From NCBI RefSeq assembly GCF_018350175.1, contig NC_058368.1, positions 93,250,001 through 93,314,000 of the forward strand: 64,000 nt of DNA, written 5' to 3'. The translations under genes were made by a program, and so were the position numbers. The notes under the pieces were generated by a model, which saw only the letters and a program-made list of their open reading frames with translations, did no database searches and was not told the DNA's origin. Below, piece by piece: positions 13,685 through 26,165 of this stretch. The first letter of the stretch is position 1, and each line of letters begins with the position of its first letter. Source of the stretch: Felis catus (lineage: Eukaryota).

Positions 13685-14214
13685 GTTCTACTGCACCTGG
13701 AGGTATGGTATTATCCCTGCACACAATTTCTGAGTGTTCAGTATTACCATCAAACGAGGGACCTCAAAGCATTTGCAATGATTTCCCAAACTAAACCAAA
13801 AAAAAAAAAAAAAAAAAAACAAGACAAAATGAAAACGCTTTTTCTTCACGTGGGAATTACAACTATGCCACAGTCTTGGACCATAAGCTGGCCCATATGA
13901 TGTTAATTTGAAGTTCCTATCCAGAAGAACACATAAAATTCTAATAATAGCACTGATGTCAAATAGTCCATTCCAGCTCTCACATTTGTATTTGTGCTCA
14001 CTCTCAGGGTGGCACAAATGAAGGACAAATGACCTCACAGCAAATAATACTAGAGAAGGGTCATGGAAGTTTTGAAAGAGGAAAAAAAAATGGCTGAGGA
14101 ATTGAGTCCTCATCAGACAAGCAAGGGCATGCAGAACTCGAAAGAAACTCACTTCTGACAACGAATACTCATGCTGCTGGGGGCAGGGTGCATATTAAAT
14201 GGGTCTCGTCTTTG

Positions 14215-14745
14215 GCAAACCAAGGAAAAGACTCTCAACTATACAGAGAACAAACTGTTGGTCACAAGAATGGAGGTGGGTGGGGGGATGGGTTAAGGAG
14301 GTGATGGGGATTAAGGAGTCCACTTGCAATGACGAGCACCTGGTATTGTATGGAAGTGTTGAATCACTGCATTATACACCCGGAACTAATACTACACTGC
14401 ATGTTAACTAACTCGAATTTAAATAATAACTTAAAAAAATTTAATGTTTATTTATTTTTGAGAGAGAGAAAGAGACAGAGTGCAAGCAGGGAAGGGGCGA
14501 AGAGAGAGGGAGACACAGAATCGGAAGTAGGCTCAAGGCTCTGAGCTCAGTACAGAGTCTGACACGGAGCTTGAACTCACGAACTGTGAGATCATGACCT
14601 GAGCAGAAGTCAGACACTTAACTGACTGAGCCACCCAGGCACCTCTAAGTAAAAACTTTAAAGAGAAAGATAGATAAATAGATAGATAAAAAGATAGATA
14701 GATAGATAGATAGACAGATAGATAGATAGATAGATAGATAGATCA
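14215..14745 (+). mobile_element. Short L1 3' end (carnivore) with a nested SINE and (GATA)n in its tail
   Basis: Similar to the L1 3' ends at ~58625-58840 and ~63170-63365. TSD GTCTC(G/A)TCTTTG at 14203-14214 and 14746-14757. Confidence 0.85.
14438..14645 (-). mobile_element. CanSINE
   Basis: Reverse-complement head CTGAGCCACCCAGGCACC, a GA tract and a T-rich tail. Confidence 0.95.
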
Positions 14746-16599
14746 GTCTCATCTTTGCCCCAACAACTTGCCACATTTCATTACCAAAACAAAACATATA
14801 TAGTGGTACAGCTGTAATGAAAAATATTCAGCAAGTGATATTTTCTGGAATGTATTCTGCAATTGGTTACCATTTTAAAATAATATATCACAACGAACCC
14901 TGGATGGACTAGGGTTTCTAGGTGGCCTTTGACTTTTAGCCAACAACATGGGAGAGGTATTACAGTCTATAAGCCACTGGACTATGAGCCCTTGATGGAT
15001 CCCATTGCCTGGAATTAGTATAGAAGACTACTCAAGAGCAAAGACATAAGAAAATTGTGTTACCCACATTCAAGCCCTATCACCTCTCCAGTGTAATGTA
15101 AGACCTTTTCAGGTCAATGCCCACTTGCCAAAGAAAAATGAGAAAATTAGGTGACTTGGTCAATTTCAAGGCTGGTCAAATAATTCTACAGATTTCAGCA
15201 CCCGATTTTCTAAGTTTCTGTGATATTATAAAGCTGTAGAGGATCCTAATTTTTGTTTCGTTTGTCTTAATGTCATCAACACACTTATGTCATACTGAGG
15301 ATCATCTTTTGCGTGACCTATGATTTGACATTGGCTTAGCATGCTATTTTCTATATTCTCTATACCACCTCTTTAACAGGAGTAAGTACTATTTCTTACA
15401 GGAGAGATTGTCGAAGTGTGGTCACTCTTAGGCTTGAAATGTATCAAAAAACTCAATCTCTAATTTTGTTTTTTTAGTTGAGAGAGGGAATGGGCATAAC
15501 ATGTGGGGTTTGGAATTATCCAAAGGGCTGAGAATAATGGCTTTCATCCTACTAGTAACCCAAATAGAATAATGCCACTTGATTTTAGCTATTCCTTAAC
15601 ATTCGTGGGCATTCCATCCCATTTGGATGGAATATTCCATATGGATATGCATCCTTTAACTTTATTTGAATAAACATCACTGTCCAAACAGTGTTGTTGT
15701 TTTGGTTGTTGTTTAAATTATTTTGGAACTTTATAGAGCTCCATGAGGGACTGTACTATGCCAAGTATTCCTTGAATAAAAAGGAAGTACCACAGCAATC
15801 AAGTCACACCAAGAAAGGAAACTCAGGTTTGCCAATGTCTGCATATGTAATCTAACAATACAGCATAAATCCAACAGTATAGTATAAAATTTTTAAGACA
15901 ATTTTGTCAAGTTTGGAATTGGCCTAATCATGGTAAACAATCAAACAAAATGTGTTGTCCTAAAGCACCGTAAATAATTCTGGCTGCAAGGAATTAGTCG
16001 TTGGTGAAATGTGATTCATTCCCTCAGTTTATAAAATGAGGTTGAGGGATGGAAGTCAAGAAGAAAGATATAAAAATACACTGGCATCTTAATGATTCTT
16101 ATCTTAAATTCAGCATGATATTCTATAGCATAGGAACTCTTAAACATGAGGTGACCACTTTATCTAAAGACCAAAATCAGTATCAAGATACCAAGTTTTC
16201 CTTAGGTGTTATATACACTGTGTACACTATACAATCCTGGAACTGATTACTACTTTTACTAGAAACACTAAGCTTCGTTAGTCAGCCTGCAGTTTTAACT
16301 GGTTTCTATACACTCAATTACAGATAGGACAGGCCTACATCAAGTTGCTTAAGTTATCAAGGTTTTCTCCAATCCCTTTCTGTGGCTCCATTTCTTCTTT
16401 CACTGTTGCCTACTATGAGCTATCCAACTCTGTACCCCACAGGCACTTGCTACTGTGTCAAAATATAAATTATCCACAAAAGACCCTGTCTTCACTCAAT
16501 ATTTTACATGCCATCTGAAGATTCTCAAAGAGTGAAACAGAAGGTCCTAAGACCCCACTCCATACTGCTGTGATTCAAATATGGAATAAGATGCTTGGG

Positions 16600-17276
16600 C
16601 TTTAAGTACTCTCCTAGTTTCTACTGCCATGTAACTAGGACCACAAAATTAAAGATTTAAAATACTCATTATTATCTCACAGATTCAGGAGGTCCAAAAT
16701 CCAGGCATAGGTTCCCAAGATCTTCTTCCTAGGGTCTCTCACCAGGCTGAAATCAAGGTGTTGACCAAAGCTCTAATTCCACTTGAGGCTTGGAGTCCTC
16801 TTTCAAGCTCCTTCAGATTGTTGGCAGAATTCAGGTGCTTGCACTTGTAGGAGATTAAGATTCCTGTTTCCTTGCTGGTTGTTGGCCAGCGGCTCCTAGT
16901 GACACCCACAATCCTTTGCAGTTCACAATATGCCTGTTTGCTTTCTTCCAGGGCAGCGGGAGAGTTATTATCGTTGTTTGCATCTCTTTCTTTCCCAAGA
17001 CTGATGGGTCCCTTCCAAGAACACAACTCATTAGGTAAGGCCTTCCTCATCCTCTATTCTCTAATCTCCTTTTTTTATTTACACAAAGTCATCTGTTTTC
17101 AGACCTTTAATTGTATCTGCAAAATCCCTTCTCCTCTGTCACAGAATGTAAACTAATTACAGAGTAAAATCCATTATATTCACAGTTACGCCAACACCCA
17201 ATTAGATGAAATTACACAGGGCATGTACATCCGGAGGTTGAAATCATGGAGCCATCTTAGAATTCTGCCGACCACA
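16600..17276 (-). mobile_element. MLT1E-like solo LTR
   Basis: Ends in GCCATCTTAGAATTCTGCCGACCACA; internal GTTGGCAGAATTCAG motif. Confidence 0.75.
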
Positions 17277-18142
17277 GATACCTTCCTGCACTAATACCCT
17301 AGATTTCCATTCTTTAGACTTTCAAAAGTTTTAGAGATGGATTCTTAAAAGCACTTCTTACTAAAACAGCAAGGATCACAGGCTGTAAAATGAACAGAAT
17401 CCTCATGCTTTGTAGGATGTACTATTTTCCTCATTCCCAAAGGGGATGAAGGGCATGAATGGAGACAGCAGAGAATCATCATTTGTATTTGTATGTACGA
17501 GTGTTTATGTTGCCTTTTAGATGAAAAGTCAGGATAAATTTCTCCATTTAAAACCGTGTAAGATTGTGAACCATCTACATAGACATATAGTACATTACAA
17601 TCATGAAGAAGTTAGCTAGATAATTATTAGGATTAATATGTATCTTAAAGATGAAAAGGTATGTAAATGGCTTATAGAAGAATATTTTAATTTGCAAAGA
17701 ATAAACATAAATTTAATGACCAAGGTGCAAGTTTTTCATACTGTTCTTAAAAGTAACTTTTTTTCCAAAAGTTCATTGTATCCCAACTGGTTTTAGGATG
17801 CCCAAAATAAAAAGTGTACTGAACATCTGGTTCTTTCAGAGTTCATTATGTGTGATAATTTATGACAAACAATTCATGTCCAGTTCAGAAGCGTGTGCTC
17901 TTGCCTTGCTCCAAGAATATCCCTGCACCAAAAATACACAGAAATGAAACATCACTGGAATGTGCAACATCCTCATGATTTAGGGTTCTGTTTCTGACAG
18001 CTTATCGAACAACAGCTTTCTACAGTTAAATACTATCCGTCACAAGAAAAAGGAAACAACCTTTCTATGGTTAATGGGAACTGATCAATAAATATCAAAC
18101 AACAAATTAAAATGTTGTAAAGAGTTCAAGTAATTTAGGGTG

Positions 18143-18350
18143 GGGGGGTGCCTGGATGGCTTAGTCGGTGAACTGTACAACTCTTGATTTCAGTTATGGT
18201 CATGATCTCGCAGTGTGTGGGTTTGAGCCCTGCATTGGGCTCTGTGCTGAAAGCGTGGAGCATACTTGGAATTCTCTCTCTTCTCTCTGCCCCTCCCCCC
18301 TCCCCTTTGCTCTCTTTCTGTGTCTCAAAATAAATAAACATTAAAAAAAA
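18143..18350 (+). mobile_element. CanSINE
   Basis: GGGGTGCCTGGATGGCTTAG head and AAAATAAATAAACATTAAAA tail. Confidence 0.95.
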
Positions 18351-20193
18351 GAAGTCACTGTCAACTGAAGATCAATCAGATAAAATATATTAAGATATTA
18401 TATATAATGCATAATAAGAAAGGAAGTTTCAGTGAAAAGTTCTAATTCACATACACATTTCTAAGATAATAATAAAGAGCCTTTTCATTAATGCTCTTTG
18501 ACAATCAATCAAAAAAAAAATCTAACTTGCAATTTAAGTCACCTAACATCTTCTAGCAATACGGACTACTTGTGTATTGATACGGATGCAGTTCAAAAAT
18601 GTATAAATTATAATGACATTTATTTTCTTCAAGAGTTGTGACCATTCTTCAAGCTTACTTTAGCCTTAGATGATCTAACTACACAGTTCACTGAGAAAAC
18701 AAAGATTAGCTCTGTTCCCCCACTTCCTTGCTACAATCACTCCCTTATTATTTGCTTTTGAAACAAACACATTCATCTTTGTCCCCTTCCACTATGCCAA
18801 AGCAAATCCCTGTATTCCTGTCGTACAGTATGGCCCACCTTGCCTCTTCCAAGACACCACTTTATTAATTATCTCCTCTTTTCCATCCCCTACTTTTTAA
18901 AGTGGAAGTACATACTAAAATGACTATCCAGGCAAATATAAAAGCAGACCAAGGTTGAGAAAGCACATTTCTCCAAGCATAATGGGATTTGTAATATTTC
19001 AGACACCTAAGCAAAAACAAATCACAAAAAAAAAAAACCAACAAAAAACAGAAAAATAATTAAAAAGAGACACTGGCTTTGATGACCTCTGGATTGGAGA
19101 GTCTGAATGTCACACAAATGTATGATTGGCATGCCCCTATCTTATGTAGAGCCTGGGCAATTGGTTTTACCCTTACCTATCTTGAGATCTCTTGCTAGCA
19201 ACCTGACAGGCACTGAAATTAGAATGTACAAAGGAAATGCATCCACACAGGTATCCATAACATGGCCAGGCCCAACATTAAGCCTTTCCAATTGGTCCAT
19301 TGGTCTGTCTCAACAAAATAAGTTAGCCTGAACAAATAAGGCTGGAGACAGAACCTTTTCTTCAGGGCAAAGTTTTAGGCTATTTGACATTCCAAAAAAA
19401 TGGTAAATTTTTATGATGAGAAGCAGACCTTAACCTGCTAAGTTGAAACAAGTATTGTTGTGTGTGAATGCCACTAAAAATGATGAGGCATGAGTCTCAG
19501 AATAAATGACTGCCCAGTAGGCTGACTCTAAAAGGACTTTTCCTCCCTGGGTGTTTGGGGGCGAGTATTTCAGCATGGCAAGAAGCATGTTAGTATGTCT
19601 GGTCACTTTCTTGTTGGAGGTTAACGTCAAGCCAAGGCCATCTCACCCAAAGGCATTAATTGCTAGGTCATTTACCCAAGCAACTCCCATCTCAATTCCA
19701 GCAAAAAGGAACATTTAAAGTCACCAATACTAACAGACGATACATCTTATAAAACAACGTTTAATTAGGACCATTTACTTTTCCTCTTTAATGAAACCAA
19801 GCAAATGATACTTGAAAAAACCTAGTTTCTATGGCTATACCAAACACAGCCCTTCCCTCAGATCAGCTCCAGAAAGTCTCAGCTGGCTATCATTAGCATT
19901 GATAATTGTCTAATGACTTAGACATAAAAGAACCCTAAACATTCTCCCCAGATCATCTCATAGCCCCTCTTTCCCTTACCCACCACATACAAAAACTGTT
20001 ACTCTTCCATTTCCTCTACCCTTTATATACTGGAAGCTTCCAGAACTCCAGGATTATTATGGTCTTGTTCATCATTGTATCCCCAGCACTTGATATATTG
20101 CCTGACCCACAGGACTTACTTATTGGGCGAGATTGACTATTGCTGAGAATTTCTTGGGCAGGAAGTCTCAGAAAATCCCATACACTTAATATT

Positions 20194-20260
<67 letters not shown>

Positions 20261-20471
20261 TTATTGACAAATTGGTTTCCATACAACACCCAGTGCTCAT
20301 CCCAAAAGGTGCCCTCCTCAATACCCATCACCCACCCTCTCCTCCCTCCCACCCCCCATCAACCCTCACTTTGTTCTCAGTTTTTAACAGTCTCTTATGC
20401 TTTGGCTCTCTCCCACTCTAACCTCTTTTTTTTTTTTCCTTCCCCTCCCCCATGGGTTCCTGTTAAGTTTC

Positions 20472-23400
20472 TCAGGATCCACATAAGAGTGAAACCATAT
20501 GGTATCTGTCTTTCTCTGTATGGCTTATTTCACTTAGCATCACACTCTCCAGTTCCATCCACGTTGCTACAAAAGGCCATATTTCATTTTTTCTCATTGC
20601 CACGTAATATTCCATTGTGTATATAAGCCACAATTTCTTTATCCATTCATCAGTTGATGGACATTTAGGCTCTTTTCATAATTTGGCTATTGTTGAGAGT
20701 GCTGCTATGAACATTGGGGTACAAGTGGCCCTATGCATCAGTACTCCTGTATCCCTTGGATAAATTCCTAGCAGTGCTATTGCTGGGTCATAGGGTAGGT
20801 CTATTTTTAATTTTCTGAGGAACCTCCACACTGCTTTCCAGAGCGGCTGCACCAATTTGCATTCCCACCAACAGTGCAAGAGGGTTCCCGTTTCTCTACA
20901 TCCTCTCCAGCATCTATAGTCTCCTGATTTGTTCATTTTGGCCTCTGACTGGCGTGAGGTGATATCTGAGTGTGGTTTTGATTTGTATTTCCCTGATAAG
21001 GAGCGACGCTGAACATCTTTTCATGTGCCTGTTGGCCATCCGGATGTCTTCTTTAGAGAAGTGTCTATTCATGTTTTCTGCCCATTTCTTCACTGGGTTA
21101 TTTGTTTTTCGGGTGTGGAGTTTGGTGAGCTCTTTATAGATTTTGGATACTAGCCCTTTGTCCGATATGTCATTTGCGAATATCTTTTCCCATTCCGTTG
21201 GTTGCCTTTTAGTTTTGTTGGTTGTTTCCTTTGCTGTGCAGAAGCTTTTTATCTTCATAAGGTCCCAGTAATTCACTTTTGCTTTTAATTCCCTTGCCTT
21301 TGGGGATGTGTCGAGTAAGAGATTGCTACGGCTGAGGTCAGAGAGGTCTTTTCCTGCTTTCTCCTCTAAGGTTTTGATGGTTTCCTGTCTCACATTCAGG
21401 TCCTTTATCCATTTTGAGTTTATTTTTGTGAATGGTGTGAGAAAGTGGTCTAGTTTCAACCTTCTGCATGTTGCTGTCCAGTTCTCCCAGCACCATTTGT
21501 TAAAGAGGCTGTCTTTTTTCCATTGGATGTTCTTTCCTGCTTTGTCAAAGATGAGTTGGCCATACATTTGTGGGTCTAGTTCTGGGGTTTCTATTCTATT
21601 CCATTGGTCTATGTGTCTGTTTTTGTGCCAATACCATGCTGTCTTGATGATGACAGCTTTGTAGTAGAGGCTAAAGTCTGGGATTGTGATGCCTCCTGCT
21701 TTGGTCTTCTTCTTCAAAATTCCTTTGGCTATTCGGGGCCTTTTGTGGTTCCATATGAATTTTAGGATTGCTTGTTCTAGTTTCGAGAAGAATGCTGGTG
21801 CAATTTTGATTGGGATTGCATTGAATGTGTAGATAGCTTTGGGTAGTATTGACATTTTTACAATATCTATTTTTCCAATCCATGAGCAGGGAATGTCTTT
21901 CCATTTCTTTAAATCTTCTTCAATTACCGTCATAAGCTTTCTATAGTTTTCAGCATACAGATCCTTTACATCTTTGGTTAGATTTATTCCTAGGTATTTT
22001 ATGCTTCTTGGTGCAATTGTGAATGGGATCAGTTTCTTTATTTGTCTTTCTGTTGCTTCATTGTTAGTGTATAAAAATGCAACTGATTTCTGTACATTGA
22101 TTTTGTATCCTGCAACTTTGCTGAATTCCTGTATCAGTTCTAGCAGACTTTTGGTGGAGTCTATCGGATTTTCCATGTATAATATCATGTCATCTGCAAA
22201 AAGCGAAAGCTTGACTTCATCTTTGCCAATTTTGATGCCTTTGATTTCCTTTTGTTGTCTGATTGCTGATGCTAGAACTTCCAGCACTATGTTAAACAAC
22301 AGCGGTGAGAGTGGGCATCCCTGTCGTGTTCCTGATCTCAGGGAGAAAGCTCTCAGTTTTTCCCCATTGAGGATGATGTTAGCTGTGGGCTTTTCATAAA
22401 TGGCTTTTATGATCTTTAAGTATGTTCCTTCTATCCCAACTTTCTCAAGGTTTTTATTAAGAAAGGGTGCTGGATTTTGTCAAAGGCCTTTTCTGCATCG
22501 ATTGACAGGATCATATGGTTCTTCTCTTTTTTTTTGTTAACGTGATGTATCACGTTGATTGATTTGCGAATGTTGAACCAGCCCTGCATCCCAGGAATGA
22601 ATCCCACTTGATCATGGTGAATAATTCTTTTTATATGCCGTTGAATTCGATTTGCTAGTATCTTATTGAGAAGTTTTGCATCTATATTCATCAGGGATAT
22701 TGGCCTGTAATTCTCTTTTTTTACTGGGTCTCTGTCTGGTTTAGGAATCAAAGTAATACTGGCTTCATAGAATGAATCTGCAAGTTTTCCTTCCCTTTCT
22801 ATTTCTTGGAATAGCTTGAGAAGGATAGGTATTATCTCTGCTTTAAACGTCTGGTAGAACTCCCCTGGGAAGCCATCTGGTCCTGGACTCTTCTTTGTTG
22901 GGAGATTTTTGATAACCGATTCAATTTCTTCGCTGGCTATGGGTCTGTTCAAGCTTTCTATTTCCTCCTGATTGAGTTTTGGAAGAGTGTGGGTGTTCAG
23001 GAATTTGTCCATTTCTTCCAGGTTGTCCAATTTGTTGGCATATAATTTTTCATAGTATTCCCTGATAATTGTTTGTATCTCTGAGGGATTGGTTGTAATA
23101 ATTCCATTTTCATTCATGATTTTATCTATTTGGGTCATCTCCCTTTTCTTTTTGAGAAGCCTGGCTAGAGGTTTGTCAATTTTGTTTATTTTTTCAAAAA
23201 ACCAACTCTTGGTTTCGTTGATCTGCTCTACAGTTTTTTTAGATTCTATATTGTTTATTTCTGCTCTGATCTTTATTATTTCTCTTCTTCTGCTGGGTTT
23301 AGGCTGCCTTTGCTGTTCTGCTTCTAGTTCCTTTAGGTGTGCTGTTAGATTTTGTATTGGGGATTTTTCTTGTTTCTTGAGATAGGCCTGGATTGCAATG

Positions 23401-24291
23401 TATTTTCCTCTCAGGACTGCCTTCGCTGAGTCCCAAAGCGTTTGGATTGTTGTATTTTCATTTTGTTTGTTTCCATATATTTTTAAATTTCTTCTCTAAC
23501 TGCCTGGTTGACCCACTCATTTGTTAGTAGGGTGTTCTTTAACCTCCATGCTTTTGGAGGTTTTCCAGACTTTTTTCTGTGGTTGATTTCAAGCTTCATA
23601 GCATTGTGGTCTGAAAGTATGCATGGTATAATTTCAATTCTTGTAAACTTATGAAGGGCTGTTTTGTGACCCAGTATATGATCTATCTTGGAGAATGTTC
23701 CACGTGCACTCGAGAAGAAAGTATATTCTGTTACTTTGGGATGTAGAGTTCTAAATATATCTGTCAAGTCCATCTGATCCAATGTCTCACTAAGGGCCCT
23801 TGTTTCTTTATTGACCGTGTGTCTAGATGATCTATCCATTTCTGTAAGTGGGGTGTTAAAGTCCCCTGCAATTACCACATTCTTATCAATAAGGTTGCTT
23901 ATGTTTATGAGTAATTGTTTTATATATTTGGGGGCTCTGGTATTCGGCGCATAGACATTTATAATTGTTAGTTCTTCCTGATGGATAGACCCTGTAACTA
24001 TTATATAATGTCCTTCTTCATCTCTTGTTACAGCCTTTAATTTAAAGTCTAGTTTGTCTGATATAAGTATGGCTACTCCAGCTTCCTTTGGCTTCCAGTA
24101 GCATGATAAATAGTTCTCCATCCCCTCACTCTCAATCTAAAGGTGTCCTCAGGTCTAAAATGAGTCTCTTGTAGACAGCAAATAGATGGGTCTTGTTTTT
24201 TTATCCATTCTGATACCCTATGTCTTTTGGTTGGCGCATTTAATCCATTTACATTCAGTGTTATTATAGAAAGATACGGGTTTAGAGTCAT
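20472..24291 (-). pseudogene. L1 ORF2p (endonuclease, reverse transcriptase, Cys-rich domain), disrupted
   Basis: Motifs [38 protein letters not shown] and CWRGC...HCWWEC. Frameshifts near 24088, 23465, 22449 and 20943; nonsense codons at 23483 and 20676. Confidence 0.96.
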
Positions 24292-24341
24292 TGTGATGTC
24301 TGTATGTTTTATGCTTGTAGTGATGTCTCTGGGACTTTGTC

Positions 24342-25235
24342 TCACAGGGTCCCTCTTAGGATCTCTTGTAGGGCTGGTTTAGTGGTGACAAATTCCTTCA
24401 GTTTTTGTTTGTTTGGGAAGACCTTTATCTCTCCTTCTATTCTAAATTACAGACTTGCTGGATAAAGGATTCTTGGCTGCATATTTTTTCTGTCTAGCAC
24501 CCTGAAAATCTCGTGCCAATTCTTTCTGGCCTGCCAAGTTTCAAAAGAGAGATCAGTCATGAGTCTTATAGGTCTCCCTTTATATATGAGGGCACGTTTA
24601 CCCCTTGCTGCTTTCTGAATTTTCTCTTTATCCTTGTATTTTGCCAGTTTCACTATGATATGTCGTGCAGAAGATCGATTCAAGTTATGTCTGAAGGGAG
24701 TTCTCTGTGCCTCTTGGATTTCAATGCCTTTTTCCTTCCCCAGTTCAGGGAAGTTCTCAGCTATTATTTCTTCAAGTACACCTTCAGCACCTTTCCCTCT
24801 CTCTTCCTCCTCTGGGATACCAATTATGCGTATATTATTTCTTTTTAGTGTATCACTTAGTTCTCTAATTTTCCCCTCATACTCCTGGATTTTTTTATCT
24901 CTCTTTTTCTCAGCTTCCTCTTTTTCCATAACTTTATCTTCTAGTTCACCTATTCTCTCCTCTGCCTGTTCAATCTGAGCCGTGGTTGTTTCCATTTCGT
25001 TTTGTATTTCATTTAAAGTGTTTTTCAGCTCCTCGTGACTGTTCCTTAGGCCCTTGATCTCTGTAGCAAGAGGTTCTCTGCTGTCCTGTATACTGTTTTC
25101 AAGCCCAGCGATTAATTTTATGACTATTATTCTAAATTCACTTTCTGTTATATTATTTAAATCCTTTTTGATCAGCTCATTAGCTGTTGTTATTTCCTGG
25201 AGATTCTTCTGAGGGGAATTCTTCCGCTTGGTCAT
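24342..25235 (-). pseudogene. L1 ORF1p (RNA-binding chaperone) with a premature stop
   Basis: Reads MTKRKNSPQKN, then a coiled coil, NNIRIIGIPEEEE and QPRILYPASL. A TAA at 24447-24449 interrupts it; the frame then continues FRIEGEIKVFPNKQKLKEFVTTKPALQEILRGTL to a stop at 24342. Confidence 0.95.
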
Positions 25236-26165
25236 TTTGGATAGTCCCTGGCGTGGTGAGGACCTGCAGGGCACTTCCCCTGTGCTGTGCTGTATAACTG
25301 GAGTTGGTGGGCAGGGCCGCAGTCAGACCTGATGTCTGCCCCCAGCCCACCGCTGGGGCCACAGTCAGACTGGTGTGTGCCTTCTCTTCCCCTCTCCTAG
25401 GGGCGGGATTCACTGTGGGGTGGTGTGGCCCGTCTGGGCTACTTGCACACTGCCAGGCTTGTGATGCTAGGGATCTGGCGTATTAGCTGGGGTGGGTAGG
25501 CAAGGTGTACAGGGGCAGGAGGGACAGGCTTAGATCGCTTCTCCTTAGGTGATCCACTTCAGGAGGGGCCCTGTGGTAGCGGGAGGGAGTCAGATCCGCT
25601 GCCGGAGGTTTGGCTCCGCAGAAGCACAGAGTTGGGTGTTTGCGCTGAGCGAGCAAGTTCCCTGGCAGGAACTGGTTCTCTTTGGGATTTTGGCTGGGGG
25701 ATGGGCGGGGGAGATGGCGCTGGCGAGCGCCTTTGTTCCCGACCAAACTGAGCTCTGTGTCAGGGGGCTCAGCAGCTCTCCCTCCCTTTGTCCTCCAGCC
25801 TTCCAGCTTTCCGAGCAGAGCTGTTAACTTGTGACCTCCCAGGCGCTAAGTCGCGCTTGTTGTCGGAACACAGTCCGTCAGGCCCCTCCGCTTTTGCCAG
25901 CCAGACTCAGGGGCTCTGCTTGGCCGGCGAGCCGCCCCTCCTCCCCGGCTCCCTCCCGCCAGTCCGTGGAGCGTGCACCGCCTCGCCGCCCTTCCTACCC
26001 TCTTCCGTGGGCCTCTCGTCTGCGTTTGGCTCCGGCGACTCCGTTCTGCTAATCCTCTGGCGGTTTTCTGGGTTATTTAGGCAGGTGTAGGTGGAATCTA
26101 AGTGATCAGCAGGACGCGTGGTGAGCCCAGCATCCTCCTACGCCGCCATCTTCTCTTCCCTCCTC
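25236..26165 (-). promoter_or_regulatory. L1 5'UTR internal Pol II promoter, CpG-rich
   Basis: The only strongly GC/CpG-rich stretch in the window. YY1-type motif AAGATGGCG on the minus strand at 26144-26152, close to the L1 5' end. Confidence 0.85.

Larger units (their letters stand above)
20197..26165 (-). mobile_element. Full-length LINE-1 (L1_Fc-like, felid): 5'UTR-ORF1-ORF2-3'UTR-tail
   Basis: Perfect 14-bp TSD CACTTAATATTCTT at 20183-20196 and 26166-26179. CpG-rich 5'UTR, translated ORF1/ORF2 fragments, and an AATAAA signal next to the (TA)n tail. Confidence 0.98.
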
